This document shows positions 10,214-20,815 of a stretch of 64,000 nucleotides of DNA, one piece after another. Origin of the DNA: a virus; IMG/VR virus record IMGVR_UViG_3300004369_000002, positions 32,001 to 96,000 of that record. One strand, 5' to 3'. Below the pieces are notes generated by a model, which was not told the DNA's origin, did not search any database, and was given only the letters and a program-made list of their open reading frames with translations. The translations under genes and the position numbers were made by a program. Position 1 is the first letter of the stretch; each line of letters starts with the position of its first letter.

Positions 10214-11794
10214 ATGAGTTCGTTCATTCCGATCGATAAAGACTTGTTCCAGATTGGTGATATTGCCACCAATGTTATGAATGACATATCTGAATATGTT
10301 TCATCGTTTGATGTGTCGTTTAGTATGGATGGAACATCAGAATTGGCGATTGAGATAGTTGACCCGAACTTCCAGTTTGGAAACAATAATTATTTCCAGA
10401 TTCGACGTGACATCTTGTACAACCGCAATATGTTTGAAATTGCGGCAGTCGAAGTTCGTCAATCCGAGTCAGTTCATCCGGTGTACCGCATTCAGGCTAG
10501 GAATAAAGCGGTTCAGATGATGAAACGTGATAAGACGCCGGAAGCGTATCGCGGCACGTCAGCATCGGATTATGCCAGGACCGTAGCGAAACGGTTCAAC
10601 ATGGATGTCGTTATTGAGGAAACCGCCAAGAAGCAGTCCATCGTGAAAGGGCGGAGCGGGAAAAATGACGAGTCGGTTTGGGACGTTCTTCAACGGTCAG
10701 CCGGTGATGCGCAGTTCGTGTGTTTTGAAGTGGACAACATTCTCTTCTTTTGTTCTCAAACGTTCCTTCTGGGTAAATGGGGTGACCCTAAGTACAAGTG
10801 GGGTGATGGGACGTTTGTTCCTTATGGGTGGCCGAACCCAAACGAAGAAGCGTTTCCGGGAGCCACGGAAAAGTACATGTTGATCGACATGCCGACGGTT
10901 CGCCGTTCGGACGACAATCCAATGGATGCTGAAGGCATGATAAATGTTGAGCGAACCAACGGGCGTTTGCTTCGTCCGGGTATGACGATCGTATTGACTG
11001 GCATCCCAGATTTTGAGGGTTTCTTTCTTATTGACTCGGTTGATTTTGCGGAAGGTAGCCCGGACCCGGTTCGGATTTCGTTTAGGACACCTGTCAAGCC
11101 GAAAGAGGATCAGAAGAGGAACACTGGAACATCGCAAAGTAGCCAGAACAGCGGTGGAGGTTTGGCTCCTACTGCTTTGCCGACAGATATTGCGAACAAG
11201 ATTCGTGATTATGTTTCGCGAAATTATCCTCGGGCCGAGTTCACTACGCCTGATGGGTTTGCCCAAAAGATAATGGCCGCAGCCAATGAGGCGGTGGCGT
11301 GGGCAACGTTCATTTATGTCAACGGTAAGACTGTTGCTCAGCAGAACGAGTTGCTGGAGAAGTATGCGACTTCGCTGGCCGGAGGTAAGGGCAATATTCG
11401 ATGGAGGGCAGTTGCGAGCGTGAAGTCGTTGTTAAGAGGGAGCACGATCAATGCGTTGGCTCAGGCTTATGCTTCGGCGTTGCCTTCGTCGGCGTACAAC
11501 GGGATTGTTCGTTACTTTTCCAGTCAGGCAGTGGCGAGCGAACGAGACCGACTGGTTCAACTGGCCAGAATTGATGCGTACACTATTTACAAAGCGACTA
11601 CCAAGTCAGAACAAGACAAACTTTTCACTAAGTTCAGAAATCAATACGGCACTAACAGCCCCAGTTATCTCGTTCTTGTTAATATCAGAGGCACAATCTC
11701 ACGAACCGGAACCACAAATCTGGACAATGCATTCCCACCAACCACGCTAGTGGGTTCCTCCAGAAGTGGTGGCGGCGGAATCTCTTACAGGTGA
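10214..11794 (+). CDS. baseplate hub protein (gpD/gp27-like) with C-terminal helical extension
   Basis: ESVWDVLQRSA...LRPGMTIVLTGIPDFEGFFLIDSV hub motifs. Confidence 0.75.
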   Translation: MSSFIPIDKDLFQIGDIATNVMNDISEYVSSFDVSFSMDGTSELAIEIVDPNFQFGNNNYFQIRRDILYNRNMFEIAAVEVRQSESVHPVYRIQARNKAVQMMKRDKTPEAYRGTSASDYARTVAKRFNMDVVIEETAKKQSIVKGRSGKNDESVWDVLQRSAGDAQFVCFEVDNILFFCSQTFLLGKWGDPKYKWGDGTFVPYGWPNPNEEAFPGATEKYMLIDMPTVRRSDDNPMDAEGMINVERTNGRLLRPGMTIVLTGIPDFEGFFLIDSVDFAEGSPDPVRISFRTPVKPKEDQKRNTGTSQSSQNSGGGLAPTALPTDIANKIRDYVSRNYPRAEFTTPDGFAQKIMAAANEAVAWATFIYVNGKTVAQQNELLEKYATSLAGGKGNIRWRAVASVKSLLRGSTINALAQAYASALPSSAYNGIVRYFSSQAVASERDRLVQLARIDAYTIYKATTKSEQDKLFTKFRNQYGTNSPSYLVLVNIRGTISRTGTTNLDNAFPPTTLVGSSRSGGGGISYR

Positions 11795-12231
11795 CAATCG
11801 TGTACAACCTCATTTCCCCAGATAAAGCCGCTTCCGTTGAACTGGAGAAAAACGGCCTATTTGTCGGCACCGTTACCCTGGTTGAGGACAAGAAGGTGTA
11901 CGTAGAGATTCCCCAGTTGACACCTGGGTTCAGTTACGGGCCCTGCATGGTGGTTGCCAACAACCTGAATGTGACGCTGACACGCGCTACGGCTGTAACC
12001 GAGACGGTTGAGACAACGGGAAGTGCGATCGTTTCGGTCTCGGGCGGGGGAACAAGTCCTGTGACGTCGACGTCATCGACTTTCGTCAAATCCGTAAGCG
12101 ACAACACAAATGAGTTTGTCGTTCTGGTTGACATCGAAATGGTTGTTCCGCCCGTAGGAAGTTTGGTTCTCTGCGGCTTCCTCAACAACAGCCTGGACGA
12201 AATAATCGTCCTCGGATCCATACTCTCATAG
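11791..12231 (+). CDS. baseplate spike-like protein (gpV OB-fold)
   Basis: GTVT...VYVEIP...PPVGSLVLCGF pattern; synteny. Confidence 0.6.
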   Translation: MTIVYNLISPDKAASVELEKNGLFVGTVTLVEDKKVYVEIPQLTPGFSYGPCMVVANNLNVTLTRATAVTETVETTGSAIVSVSGGGTSPVTSTSSTFVKSVSDNTNEFVVLVDIEMVVPPVGSLVLCGFLNNSLDEIIVLGSILS

Positions 12232-12257
12232 CCCTCTGGGCGTGGCAAAATTAAAGA

Positions 12258-12554
12258 ATGGACACCTTGCGCATTCCACTTCGTTTTCGTAACGGTGAGG
12301 CAGAAAAACTCACCGAAGGCTCAGACGAATACTTTGCGCAACTCCTGGCCCTGACCGCCCAAATTTTGCCCGGTGAACTGCCCCTGAACCCCAACTACGG
12401 GGTAGACGACCCCACGTTCAGTGAAGCGGCCCGTCGATCTTTGGCTTTCGTAGCAGGGGCTTTTATCCCAGAAATCGTATTGGAAAACGTAGAAATTATT
12501 GACACAGACTCGGGCAGGTCACAAATTGACATTGCCTTCACGGTAAGGACCTAA
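12258..12554 (+). CDS. baseplate wedge/sheath initiator (gp25/W-like)
   Basis: PGELPLNPNYG motif; 98 aa. Confidence 0.75.
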   Translation: MDTLRIPLRFRNGEAEKLTEGSDEYFAQLLALTAQILPGELPLNPNYGVDDPTFSEAARRSLAFVAGAFIPEIVLENVEIIDTDSGRSQIDIAFTVRT

Positions 12555-12555
12555 A

Positions 12556-13989
12556 ATGCCGTCTCCGGATTTCAGCGAATACATTGACCTCACCATCAAC
12601 GACCTCCAACCGGAGGACGTTTACAACGGTGCCGTCGAATACGCCAGGGAGGCACTGCCGGAATTTGATCCTCGGGCAGGGACCGTTGAAGATGCGCTGC
12701 TTCAGGCCATGTCATATGTGTCTGGCGAGGTTATGGGGGCTATCAACCGTTTGCCCAATGGTTTGATGGAAGGCATTTTGCGGTTGATGGGTTTTGCCCG
12801 CTCCGAAGACACCTTTGCAACTGGTGCTGTTATTTTCACAACGATTGACGACACGGGATTGTCGATCCCCGCTGGAACCCAAGTCGCATTCACCGAAATC
12901 ACAGCAACAGGCAGCATCCAGCACATCTTCGAAACAACCGAGAGTGCACAAATAAGTTTCGGATCCACCACCTCATCCGCCGTTCCCATGGTCGCAATTG
13001 ATACAGGAGAAAAACCGGCAATTGCTGACGGAGATGGGATGATCATCTTAACCGCCTCTAACAAACTGTTTTCAGCAGTATTTTCTGGTTCCCTTACGCA
13101 AGGAGCCGTCGGAGAATCAGATTCCGACTACTTCCAGAGAGGCGTACGTTACCTGCAGAGCCTTTCCAGCGCCCTCGCCACACCCACACAAATAGCCGCC
13201 TATGTCCTCACAAACTATTTAGAGGTATACAGGGCGAACGCCATTGATTTAAGTGACCTTGATGAACTGACAGGAATCACCATCTTCGAAAGTGGAGGCC
13301 TAATTGGGGCATCTTTGACACCCAACGTGACCACGGTTGCCCCCGTAGTCAACCCAGGCGACCTGATTCGGATTTATGGGGCGACACCGGAATATTTCAA
13401 TGGCATATTCGAAATTGACAGCGTTGACCCGTATCCGGGTTCGACAATCTATTTCAGTAACACCGTTGGAGCATCGTCCGGCGAAACACACAGCGGCACG
13501 TACACCTTGGAACTGTTGGAAGGCTTGAAGAAAACGACAGCAGACAATCTGGGGTCAGTGACAGTGGTGGTCAACAGCGTCGAAGCCGGAGACCTAACAA
13601 ACACATATAGAAACACCATTAAGAGTGGCGTTTCTCAAAAAATTATTGGGGGAATAAGCCTAAAGGTAGTCAATGCCCTCATCCTTGATTTTGATGTCAA
13701 TATTACGATTGGTCTCAGATCTGGCTATGCGGAACTTGACGTGCGAACAGCAGTCGATACCGCAATCACCAACTACCTCTCCCCTCTACAGTGGGATTGG
13801 TCTGACGAAATCCGTTTGACGACATTAACCACTCTCATCGCCGAAATCGGAGGCGTTGACTACGTGGATAGTGTCTCCATGACGCTTCAAGCAGGAGAAC
13901 TGCTTGCTCAGCAGTTGGTTAACGGAAACATCCAATTCCTATACCACGGCATGCTGCCTCGCGCATCTGTAACGGTAGGCGTGGTGTGA
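12556..13989 (+). CDS. baseplate J-like protein
   Basis: ATGAVIFT...IPAGTQV...GESDSDY...IGGVDYV motifs. Confidence 0.88.
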   Translation: MPSPDFSEYIDLTINDLQPEDVYNGAVEYAREALPEFDPRAGTVEDALLQAMSYVSGEVMGAINRLPNGLMEGILRLMGFARSEDTFATGAVIFTTIDDTGLSIPAGTQVAFTEITATGSIQHIFETTESAQISFGSTTSSAVPMVAIDTGEKPAIADGDGMIILTASNKLFSAVFSGSLTQGAVGESDSDYFQRGVRYLQSLSSALATPTQIAAYVLTNYLEVYRANAIDLSDLDELTGITIFESGGLIGASLTPNVTTVAPVVNPGDLIRIYGATPEYFNGIFEIDSVDPYPGSTIYFSNTVGASSGETHSGTYTLELLEGLKKTTADNLGSVTVVVNSVEAGDLTNTYRNTIKSGVSQKIIGGISLKVVNALILDFDVNITIGLRSGYAELDVRTAVDTAITNYLSPLQWDWSDEIRLTTLTTLIAEIGGVDYVDSVSMTLQAGELLAQQLVNGNIQFLYHGMLPRASVTVGVV

Positions 13990-13990
13990 T

Positions 13991-15472
13991 ATGGCCCACG
14001 AACTTGATGACATCGTAGATGGACCGCTGACAAGCAACAAACTGTCGGGAGATAACGCGAGTTTTGTGACTTCAGTCGGAGGCTGGACTTCCACCAACTC
14101 CAACCTTGCACCAGAATTCGATTTCAAAAAATACGACAACATCAACTCCCTGAAAATAACACCAACCGCATATGACCCAATCGTTCTTTCATTGAACGGC
14201 ACAAACACTTCTCTCAGGGAAGCGAACGACAACATCGACCTACATTTTTGGATGTGGTCCACTAATGACGTTCTGGTGACGGTGGATCTATCTCTTGGAT
14301 CGGACGAGACTTCAACCATCTCCCAAACATACGCTGGGGGAATATGGAATGTCGTACGAGCAAACCCGATCGATGTTCCACTGTCCTCTGAAACATATCC
14401 GATAGGTATAACCATCACTCTAACTAATCATGGTGGCGGAGCCGTATGGCTTTCAAACCCGGTCTTATACCAAGAATATAATTTCACTAGAAATCGGTTC
14501 GTAAGAGAAACCGTACCTTTGATACCCCGCATTTTCACGGAACTGGACAAGATTCAAACTCGTCCCACGTTCCCCATGTATCGGATGATGGAAATTGGCT
14601 TGGCATACGCCGGAGTCGCATTCGAACAACAGGAACATTTCAGATATCGGGATGTGGCAGGAGGAAAAAAAACTGCCAACCGCGAGACGTTGAGTGGGTT
14701 GGTCGACCCAACAGTTGCTGATGTAGCCATTCTTCCGTGGCTTTCCCAGTTCACGGGAACTCAGTACATCGACCCCACTATCCGCACAACACCATGGGGC
14801 AACCTGCCCGAGACCTGGCTGCAAGTCATGCAGGACATCGACGAAGCAGTCGACATCGTTCTGAACGTCACCTCTTTGACCCGTACATCAAACGTAGTTT
14901 CAGCAGTTCTAGATGGCGACGTCACAGACTACGCGATCGGCCAAACAGTTCTTGTTAGCGGTGCTGGCACATTTGATGGGCAGTTCTTAATCACAGGACA
15001 AAATATTGGGACATCTACTATCGAATGGTCGCAGGACGGCTCAGATGACACCATTTTGACAGGCACAGTGTCTCTCGTTGATCAATCGTGGATTGAACTG
15101 GAATCGTTCCGAATTGACATCACGAACCGTGTTGAGTTCCTGCGTTGGCAGGTGGAAAACCAGTATTACGGGGTGAGGGCTGGAACTTTGGAGGCTTTGG
15201 CGGAGGCCACGAAGTTTTACCTGAGCGGCACTAAGACTGTCAACATTTTTCCGAAGCATCAAGGCGTACCGTTTTTGATCAAGATCTTCACGAAAACGTC
15301 GGAAACCCCCGGTGGTGTAGAAGGTGAAGAGTCCTTGGAATTAGCCCAAGCCCTACAGAAAGCAAAGCCCGCAGGGTTTAAAATAGTCCATGAATGTAAT
15401 AGCGATGGAACGGATTCGCTATTTGTTTTGGGTAGTTCAACTGATGGACTTTTGTCTAGCAGTCTTCTGTAA
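13991..15472 (+). CDS. baseplate wedge protein (gpI-like)
   Basis: DPTVADVAILPWLSQFTG, RAGTLEAL, KPAG motifs. Confidence 0.75.
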   Translation: MAHELDDIVDGPLTSNKLSGDNASFVTSVGGWTSTNSNLAPEFDFKKYDNINSLKITPTAYDPIVLSLNGTNTSLREANDNIDLHFWMWSTNDVLVTVDLSLGSDETSTISQTYAGGIWNVVRANPIDVPLSSETYPIGITITLTNHGGGAVWLSNPVLYQEYNFTRNRFVRETVPLIPRIFTELDKIQTRPTFPMYRMMEIGLAYAGVAFEQQEHFRYRDVAGGKKTANRETLSGLVDPTVADVAILPWLSQFTGTQYIDPTIRTTPWGNLPETWLQVMQDIDEAVDIVLNVTSLTRTSNVVSAVLDGDVTDYAIGQTVLVSGAGTFDGQFLITGQNIGTSTIEWSQDGSDDTILTGTVSLVDQSWIELESFRIDITNRVEFLRWQVENQYYGVRAGTLEALAEATKFYLSGTKTVNIFPKHQGVPFLIKIFTKTSETPGGVEGEESLELAQALQKAKPAGFKIVHECNSDGTDSLFVLGSSTDGLLSSSLL

Positions 15473-15481
15473 GGAGTAGTT

Positions 15482-16222
15482 ATGGCTGGTGCAGGTTTTC
15501 GAACATGGGTAGACGAGGAGCCTCTATATGCGGCTGATGTCGTTTCGTATCTCATGGAGCAGTCGGTTATGGTGTTTGCGTCCACGAGTGCCAGAGATGC
15601 CGCAATCTCTGTTCCGACGGAAGGAATGATCTCCTACACCAAGGATGACAATGTGATCCGTTACTTCGATGGGACGTTGTGGAATGCCATTGGGGAGATC
15701 ACTGGTGGCTCAGGTATTTCGGTTTCAGAGTCAACATCGTCGTTCACAATTTCGTTGAATGTTGATGCTAAGGGTGATTTGCTGGTTGGTACCGCCAACG
15801 ACACGGTGGCTCGTATCCCTGTCGGTTCCGATGGTCAGGTTTTGACTGCCGCGTCAGGAGAGACAACTGGTGTGGCTTGGCAAGATGGCTTCACTTATGC
15901 GTCGCCTTTAACAACACAGACAAAGTCAGCGTCTTACACGCTTAGTTCTGCTGATGCCGGAAAGTTGTCTTGGATTGATACAACCGCTGGTGATGTGATT
16001 ATTACGCTCCCTGATGGCGCTACAGATCCTGGCTTGGATGACGGTCACCAATTCATGTTTCTAAGTATCAGTTCTGCGAACGATGTTATTTTCCAGGGCA
16101 ATGGCACATCAAATGTCGTTAGTAAAAATGCCTTTCTGACCATGAAGGGCGCATATCATGCTGTAACAGCAGTATTCTACGCTACATCTGATACTTGGAT
16201 TCTGGTAGGCGATCTGGGATAA
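15482..16222 (+). CDS. tail fibre protein (AKGD repeat plus C-terminal YTL..D/W.L.GDL domain)
   Basis: baseplate-proximal position; motifs shared with other fibre genes in the window. Confidence 0.7.
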   Translation: MAGAGFRTWVDEEPLYAADVVSYLMEQSVMVFASTSARDAAISVPTEGMISYTKDDNVIRYFDGTLWNAIGEITGGSGISVSESTSSFTISLNVDAKGDLLVGTANDTVARIPVGSDGQVLTAASGETTGVAWQDGFTYASPLTTQTKSASYTLSSADAGKLSWIDTTAGDVIITLPDGATDPGLDDGHQFMFLSISSANDVIFQGNGTSNVVSKNAFLTMKGAYHAVTAVFYATSDTWILVGDLG

Positions 16223-16224
16223 TC

Positions 16225-17853
16225 ATGCCTAACTTCTCCTATTATCTAGCGTCGCAGGCTGTTTCGGGTCGTGAAGTCAATGTGTATCTTCTCGTTCATC
16301 GACTTGATACGACTGGAACCAACAAATTAACGGATCTTGTCAATGTTGGCCCGTACGATGTAAATGGTCGCGATACCTATGATCAAGTGGCGCTAGGAAT
16401 AAAAAATGATGGAGGTTTTGATTCTGATGGTCCATTTGATTACTGGCATATTTACGCGCCCCATAGTCGTGGGGACTCATTCTGGGGTCCTCTAAGTCCA
16501 ACTGCAAACTTCAACATCAGTGCACCGCAATACGACGGAGTTTACAGCGGTGGCGCAACATCATCAGAGCCAACAACAAGACTCACAGCGCTCAATCAAA
16601 ACATGCATGTGTATCAGGCTCTGGCTCAAGAAGTTATTGCCAATAACGACTATGACATGGTTGTTCTGGCGTGGATGTACGACGACCTGGTTTTGGGGCC
16701 GCTTATTGGTGTGCCACTGTATCAATGGGGAAGAAAAATTACTGCTGGTTCAGGGGACAGGTTTTTAAGTAATTTGTATTTTGACAATTGGAATACATAC
16801 CTCTACTGGGGTTTGCACGGCACTACCACATCGCTAGGTCAGACATATATGTACCTGCGAAAGTACAACCAGTCTGGCACATTGATCTGGCATCGACGAT
16901 TGCAGTCAACCGTAACATCGCCGACTCGTAATCAGATGGGAACCTTGGCGGGTTTTGACACTGGCCGAATAGTCGTGCCAATTACTGTTGCCGCCTCGTC
17001 CACGGAATACAAGTTTGGCCTTGCTTATTATGACGCGTCAGGCAACCTAGAGGCGAACTCTATTTACTACTCTTGGGACAGCCCTGCTGTGAGTGGCTAT
17101 GCGAGTCCAGCATCATCAGTAGTTTCGTCGCGCCCAGCGTGGGATCGACAATATTTTGGTTGGCACTGGTATGACTTTGATTACACTCAGGCTCAAACAA
17201 ATTTCATCGCGGCACTTGGAGCCAGTGTTGGCACATTCTTTTTCACGCAGACCACCGCACCAGGTTTGATGGTGTCTGGTGCCATTGAGACTCTTGGTTC
17301 TGATCCGGGCGATGCAATTTTCCTCTGCCTTAACGATGAAACAGGGTTTGCTGCCACATCGCTTGTTTTGATCAAATTGGATTTTGACGGTGATGTTATT
17401 TGGCAAAGAAAACTCACTGTAAGAGGGCAGTATGAAACTGGTGGCGCAGTCACCAGTGGAACAACAACGATTTCCCAAGCGAAAATTAACTGGCGTGACG
17501 AAGAGGGATTTTCCTTGGCCCTCACAGTGAAGGAAGAATCCGGCTGGGGTGGGGATCCCGACTCTCCGGAAATTACCGCTTTCATGTCTTTCCCCTCTGA
17601 TGGTTCGGGATTGACGGGAGAGTATGTCAAACTTGAATTTGATCAGGGATTCAACTCAAGCCTAAATCCTCTGGTGTCACTAGCGTATAAATATGAAGAA
17701 TCAAACTTTGTGTTTAGTGAACCAGTATTGATCAGCGAGACTCAAGTTGGGGCGACGAGCGCTACCACCAACCCGTTTAGCCAAACTAATGTCACATCTA
17801 GTCCAACGAAGACTGAGTTTTCGGTTGAATCGGCGAACGGAGTGTATCGATGA
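16225..17853 (+). CDS. putative receptor-binding protein, beta-propeller-like
   Basis: repeated KYNQSGTLIWHR / KLDFDGDVIWQR blade-like motifs. Confidence 0.5.
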   Translation: MPNFSYYLASQAVSGREVNVYLLVHRLDTTGTNKLTDLVNVGPYDVNGRDTYDQVALGIKNDGGFDSDGPFDYWHIYAPHSRGDSFWGPLSPTANFNISAPQYDGVYSGGATSSEPTTRLTALNQNMHVYQALAQEVIANNDYDMVVLAWMYDDLVLGPLIGVPLYQWGRKITAGSGDRFLSNLYFDNWNTYLYWGLHGTTTSLGQTYMYLRKYNQSGTLIWHRRLQSTVTSPTRNQMGTLAGFDTGRIVVPITVAASSTEYKFGLAYYDASGNLEANSIYYSWDSPAVSGYASPASSVVSSRPAWDRQYFGWHWYDFDYTQAQTNFIAALGASVGTFFFTQTTAPGLMVSGAIETLGSDPGDAIFLCLNDETGFAATSLVLIKLDFDGDVIWQRKLTVRGQYETGGAVTSGTTTISQAKINWRDEEGFSLALTVKEESGWGGDPDSPEITAFMSFPSDGSGLTGEYVKLEFDQGFNSSLNPLVSLAYKYEESNFVFSEPVLISETQVGATSATTNPFSQTNVTSSPTKTEFSVESANGVYR

Positions 17854-18170
17854 GTCTTTACATGGATCCGAATGGGAATTTTCCTCGTCATTCAGGTGAT
17901 GTTCGTCTTGCTAATGGTCGTTGGAAGAAGGGTGATCCTCTGCCTGACGGTTGGAGGGAAGTTACCCAAACTCCCCCGCCACAGGTTCCAGGCAAGGTCG
18001 TCACATACGGCATTCCAGTTGAGGTTGATGGGGTACTCTCCACCACCTACGAACTCGTTGACATGAAGCCTAAGTCAATTGCGGATTTGAGCGATGACGA
18101 GATTCGTAAGGCATTGGGTCCGGAAGCCTATAGGGCTTATCAGGAACACCTAGAATCTAAACTACAATAG
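17850..18170 (+). CDS. small fibre-associated/chaperone protein
   Basis: ATGA-coupled to the upstream putative RBP. Confidence 0.45.
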   Translation: MSLYMDPNGNFPRHSGDVRLANGRWKKGDPLPDGWREVTQTPPPQVPGKVVTYGIPVEVDGVLSTTYELVDMKPKSIADLSDDEIRKALGPEAYRAYQEHLESKLQ

Positions 18171-18190
18171 TTTCAGTGCAGGAGTAAAAA

Positions 18191-19207
18191 ATGACCGTTT
18201 CCCAGACAACCCGATTTGGTATCTACCGCTGGAGTGAAGATACTGATGCCTTCACGCGTCAGCAAATGGACTCTAGCCACGACTCCATCGAATCAAAAGG
18301 GGCCATTTTTACCTCGGGGACAACAATCCCTGCACCAAACCCCGAGCACGCCCGATCGTTCTTCTTCAAAACAGACACCCAAACGCTCTACTACTTCAAC
18401 GGCACAGATAATACGGGGTCGTGGGTGGCTATCGGCCAGTTCGGAAACACAGGCCAAATGGCCACTCTCGCATACGGCCAATCGAACAGTGCAGGCGTCG
18501 TCGATGCTGTGGCCCGAATTGACCATGTCCACGAACTGCCCACGATTGACACGACGGCTCTGATCCCAAAAAATATTTTGACAAGCAAGGGCGATCTGAT
18601 AGCCGGAGCAGGTCCCTCAACTCCAACAGTTCAGGGTGTGGGTGCGGACGGCCAGTTTCTGAAGGCTGACTCCTCATCGGCGACAGGTCTTTCTTGGGGA
18701 ACCGTAGTAACGACTGGTTTTCTGTCATCGACCGTGGTCGACGCGAAGGGCGATTTGCTGGTTGGAACAGGAAACGACACGGTTGCTCGTCGTTCTGTTG
18801 GGACAAACGGCCAACTTCTTATTGCCGACTCATTTCAATCAACCGGCTTGCGCTGGGGGAATGATCCTCAGTTCCAGAAGTACAGTGAAGGCTTGCTTTC
18901 AGTTGGCTCCTATTCTGGTTCCACTGTCGGCGATCAGGCCAACGTGTATTACATTGAATTGGGATCCAGTCAAACGTTGACCCTGTCTGCAGGTGTTGCG
19001 ACAGCAAATACTGCGTATTCGCTGTCCCTGATCATCAAGAACACGGCAGCCAGCGTCACAATGACTTTTCCTGCTTCGGTGAAATGGCCCAACGGCACGC
19101 GACCGACAGAAGATACAGGTCTTAACAAGACGAACCTGTGGACACTGATCACTTACGATCAGGGCACTACCTGGCTTGGCTTTTTGGCAGGACGAGGGTT
19201 CTCGTGA
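18191..19207 (+). CDS. tail fibre protein with two AKGD repeats
   Basis: ARIDHVH motif, two KGD repeats, C-terminal FPASVKWPNG...TYDQGTTW domain. Confidence 0.7.
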   Translation: MTVSQTTRFGIYRWSEDTDAFTRQQMDSSHDSIESKGAIFTSGTTIPAPNPEHARSFFFKTDTQTLYYFNGTDNTGSWVAIGQFGNTGQMATLAYGQSNSAGVVDAVARIDHVHELPTIDTTALIPKNILTSKGDLIAGAGPSTPTVQGVGADGQFLKADSSSATGLSWGTVVTTGFLSSTVVDAKGDLLVGTGNDTVARRSVGTNGQLLIADSFQSTGLRWGNDPQFQKYSEGLLSVGSYSGSTVGDQANVYYIELGSSQTLTLSAGVATANTAYSLSLIIKNTAASVTMTFPASVKWPNGTRPTEDTGLNKTNLWTLITYDQGTTWLGFLAGRGFS

Positions 19208-20181
19208 GCCATTTTGGTGTTGGTGGTGCTGGCCGTTTTAGGCCAAACATTGGGTATTTGCAGCGAAACCCTACTGCGCTTGGTTCGGGTTCCTCCATTG
19301 GAGGGGACATCGAACAAAATGGTAGTGGGGCAGCAAACCCTTACATTAGAATTGGTTCAGGTTTTAGGCCAGGGAACTCCCTGACGCAAACAAGCAACAG
19401 TCACGCTTTGTGGAATGTGTACTCGCCAAACGCTGACATTTCGTCCAACATGATTGTCCCTGATGGTAGCGGAATCTATTTCCGGTACAAAGACATCAAT
19501 AGGATGTGGCGTTTGATTATGGGCGAATATCTGTATAACTACTACACTGTTCCCGCTTTTTACCAAGAAGCGACATGCACGGGCTGCTATTTGACCAGTT
19601 ACTCAACAACACAACAAGAATTCTCATACGAGTGCACGTCAATATACTCATACGGAACCGTATACACATCCAGCAACTACAGTTACTGTAGTTATGGCGG
19701 ATACAGCCAACTATACGATTATAGTCGCGTTTGGAAATCGTATTGCGACTCATCTTGCGGATGCAACCCAACATACGCAAACCTATACGGCTGCGCAGGA
19801 AAATGCCAGGACTTTATTACCCGCACCTACTACCAGTGTACGGGCGGAACATCGGGAACATACATCGCTGGTTCACAAACACCAAACTATCGTCCCCGGC
19901 TTTTCTTGCAATACCGGAATGGCTCTTCGACGTGGACCAATCACGGAACAATCAATCTGACCGGTGCTGAGGTTGGCGGACTTAGGGTACGGCTCGTTGG
20001 TAACTCCATCGTTGTTTACAAGGGAACGTATGGTCAAACATCGGGGTGGACGCAAATCGGATCATATACGTCGTCTATTCACAATGACGGTCTCTTTCAT
20101 GGGATTGGGATAGGCAGCGAGAACCCCCAAAACCGTGGAGTAAGCAGCGGTATAGGCGCATTTACCATCGAAGGAATCTGA
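19204..20181 (+). CDS. fibre tip protein with Cys/Tyr-rich insert
   Basis: GTGA overlap with upstream gene; 10 Cys in a central segment. Confidence 0.55.
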   Translation: MSHFGVGGAGRFRPNIGYLQRNPTALGSGSSIGGDIEQNGSGAANPYIRIGSGFRPGNSLTQTSNSHALWNVYSPNADISSNMIVPDGSGIYFRYKDINRMWRLIMGEYLYNYYTVPAFYQEATCTGCYLTSYSTTQQEFSYECTSIYSYGTVYTSSNYSYCSYGGYSQLYDYSRVWKSYCDSSCGCNPTYANLYGCAGKCQDFITRTYYQCTGGTSGTYIAGSQTPNYRPRLFLQYRNGSSTWTNHGTINLTGAEVGGLRVRLVGNSIVVYKGTYGQTSGWTQIGSYTSSIHNDGLFHGIGIGSENPQNRGVSSGIGAFTIEGI

Positions 20182-20182
20182 G

Positions 20183-20428
20183 ATGGCTCAAATTTTTGAG
20201 ATTTCGGACGAAACATTCCACGCAATAGCGGCCGGGGAAAAAAACGTGTACGCTATCAAAAAGTCGCGTTATAAAACGTTGGATGGGTGGGAAAAAGCGG
20301 GATCAAAAATCAGCATTTGTGTTGTCCGTGACGACTACACTGTGCGAGAGGAACTTCGGATTCCTATTTCAAAAATTGAGTCAGCACACCAGAGGTTAAG
20401 TAATGGTGATGGTACAGAAGCGCAATGA
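20183..20428 (+). CDS. hypothetical protein
   Basis: ORF packed in operon with RBS. Confidence 0.55.
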   Translation: MAQIFEISDETFHAIAAGEKNVYAIKKSRYKTLDGWEKAGSKISICVVRDDYTVREELRIPISKIESAHQRLSNGDGTEAQ

Positions 20429-20813
20429 CGTCCCTGAAAAAACGTTAATTGCCATTGTTTCTGATGTAACTTTGGTTCAATTAATGGAGATGGACCACGC
20501 TGCGGTCTATTGGGGTGTTATTACGGAAGATTTCCCGCGCGAGGAATGGAATCGTGTTTCCCGAGTTATGAACTTTGTTCAACTGGGAACATATGAAGAA
20601 TTCGTTGTCGACGAGGAAGGTATTGTCACTTTTGGTTGGTCCGAAATTCGTATTATTTCAAACCGCCAGAATCTTCATTTGGATCGTCGGCTTTTGGAAG
20701 CGGACAATATTCCGACGATTTCAGCAAAACCGTCTACTAGCGAGGGTAAGCGCAAGTTCCGTTTGCCTGGGTTTATCAGAAAATCAAAACCCGATTGTGG
20801 ATGTGGAGGTTGA
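20403..20813 (+). CDS. hypothetical protein ending in CGCGG
   Basis: ORF packed in operon. Confidence 0.55.
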   Translation: MVMVQKRNDVPEKTLIAIVSDVTLVQLMEMDHAAVYWGVITEDFPREEWNRVSRVMNFVQLGTYEEFVVDEEGIVTFGWSEIRIISNRQNLHLDRRLLEADNIPTISAKPSTSEGKRKFRLPGFIRKSKPDCGCGG

Positions 20814-20815
20814 CA

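Noticed and set aside
3051-15472. Bacterial contractile injection system or tailocin
   Set aside because: Neck genes and phage replication genes (primase-helicase, RNR, ThyX) indicate a true phage
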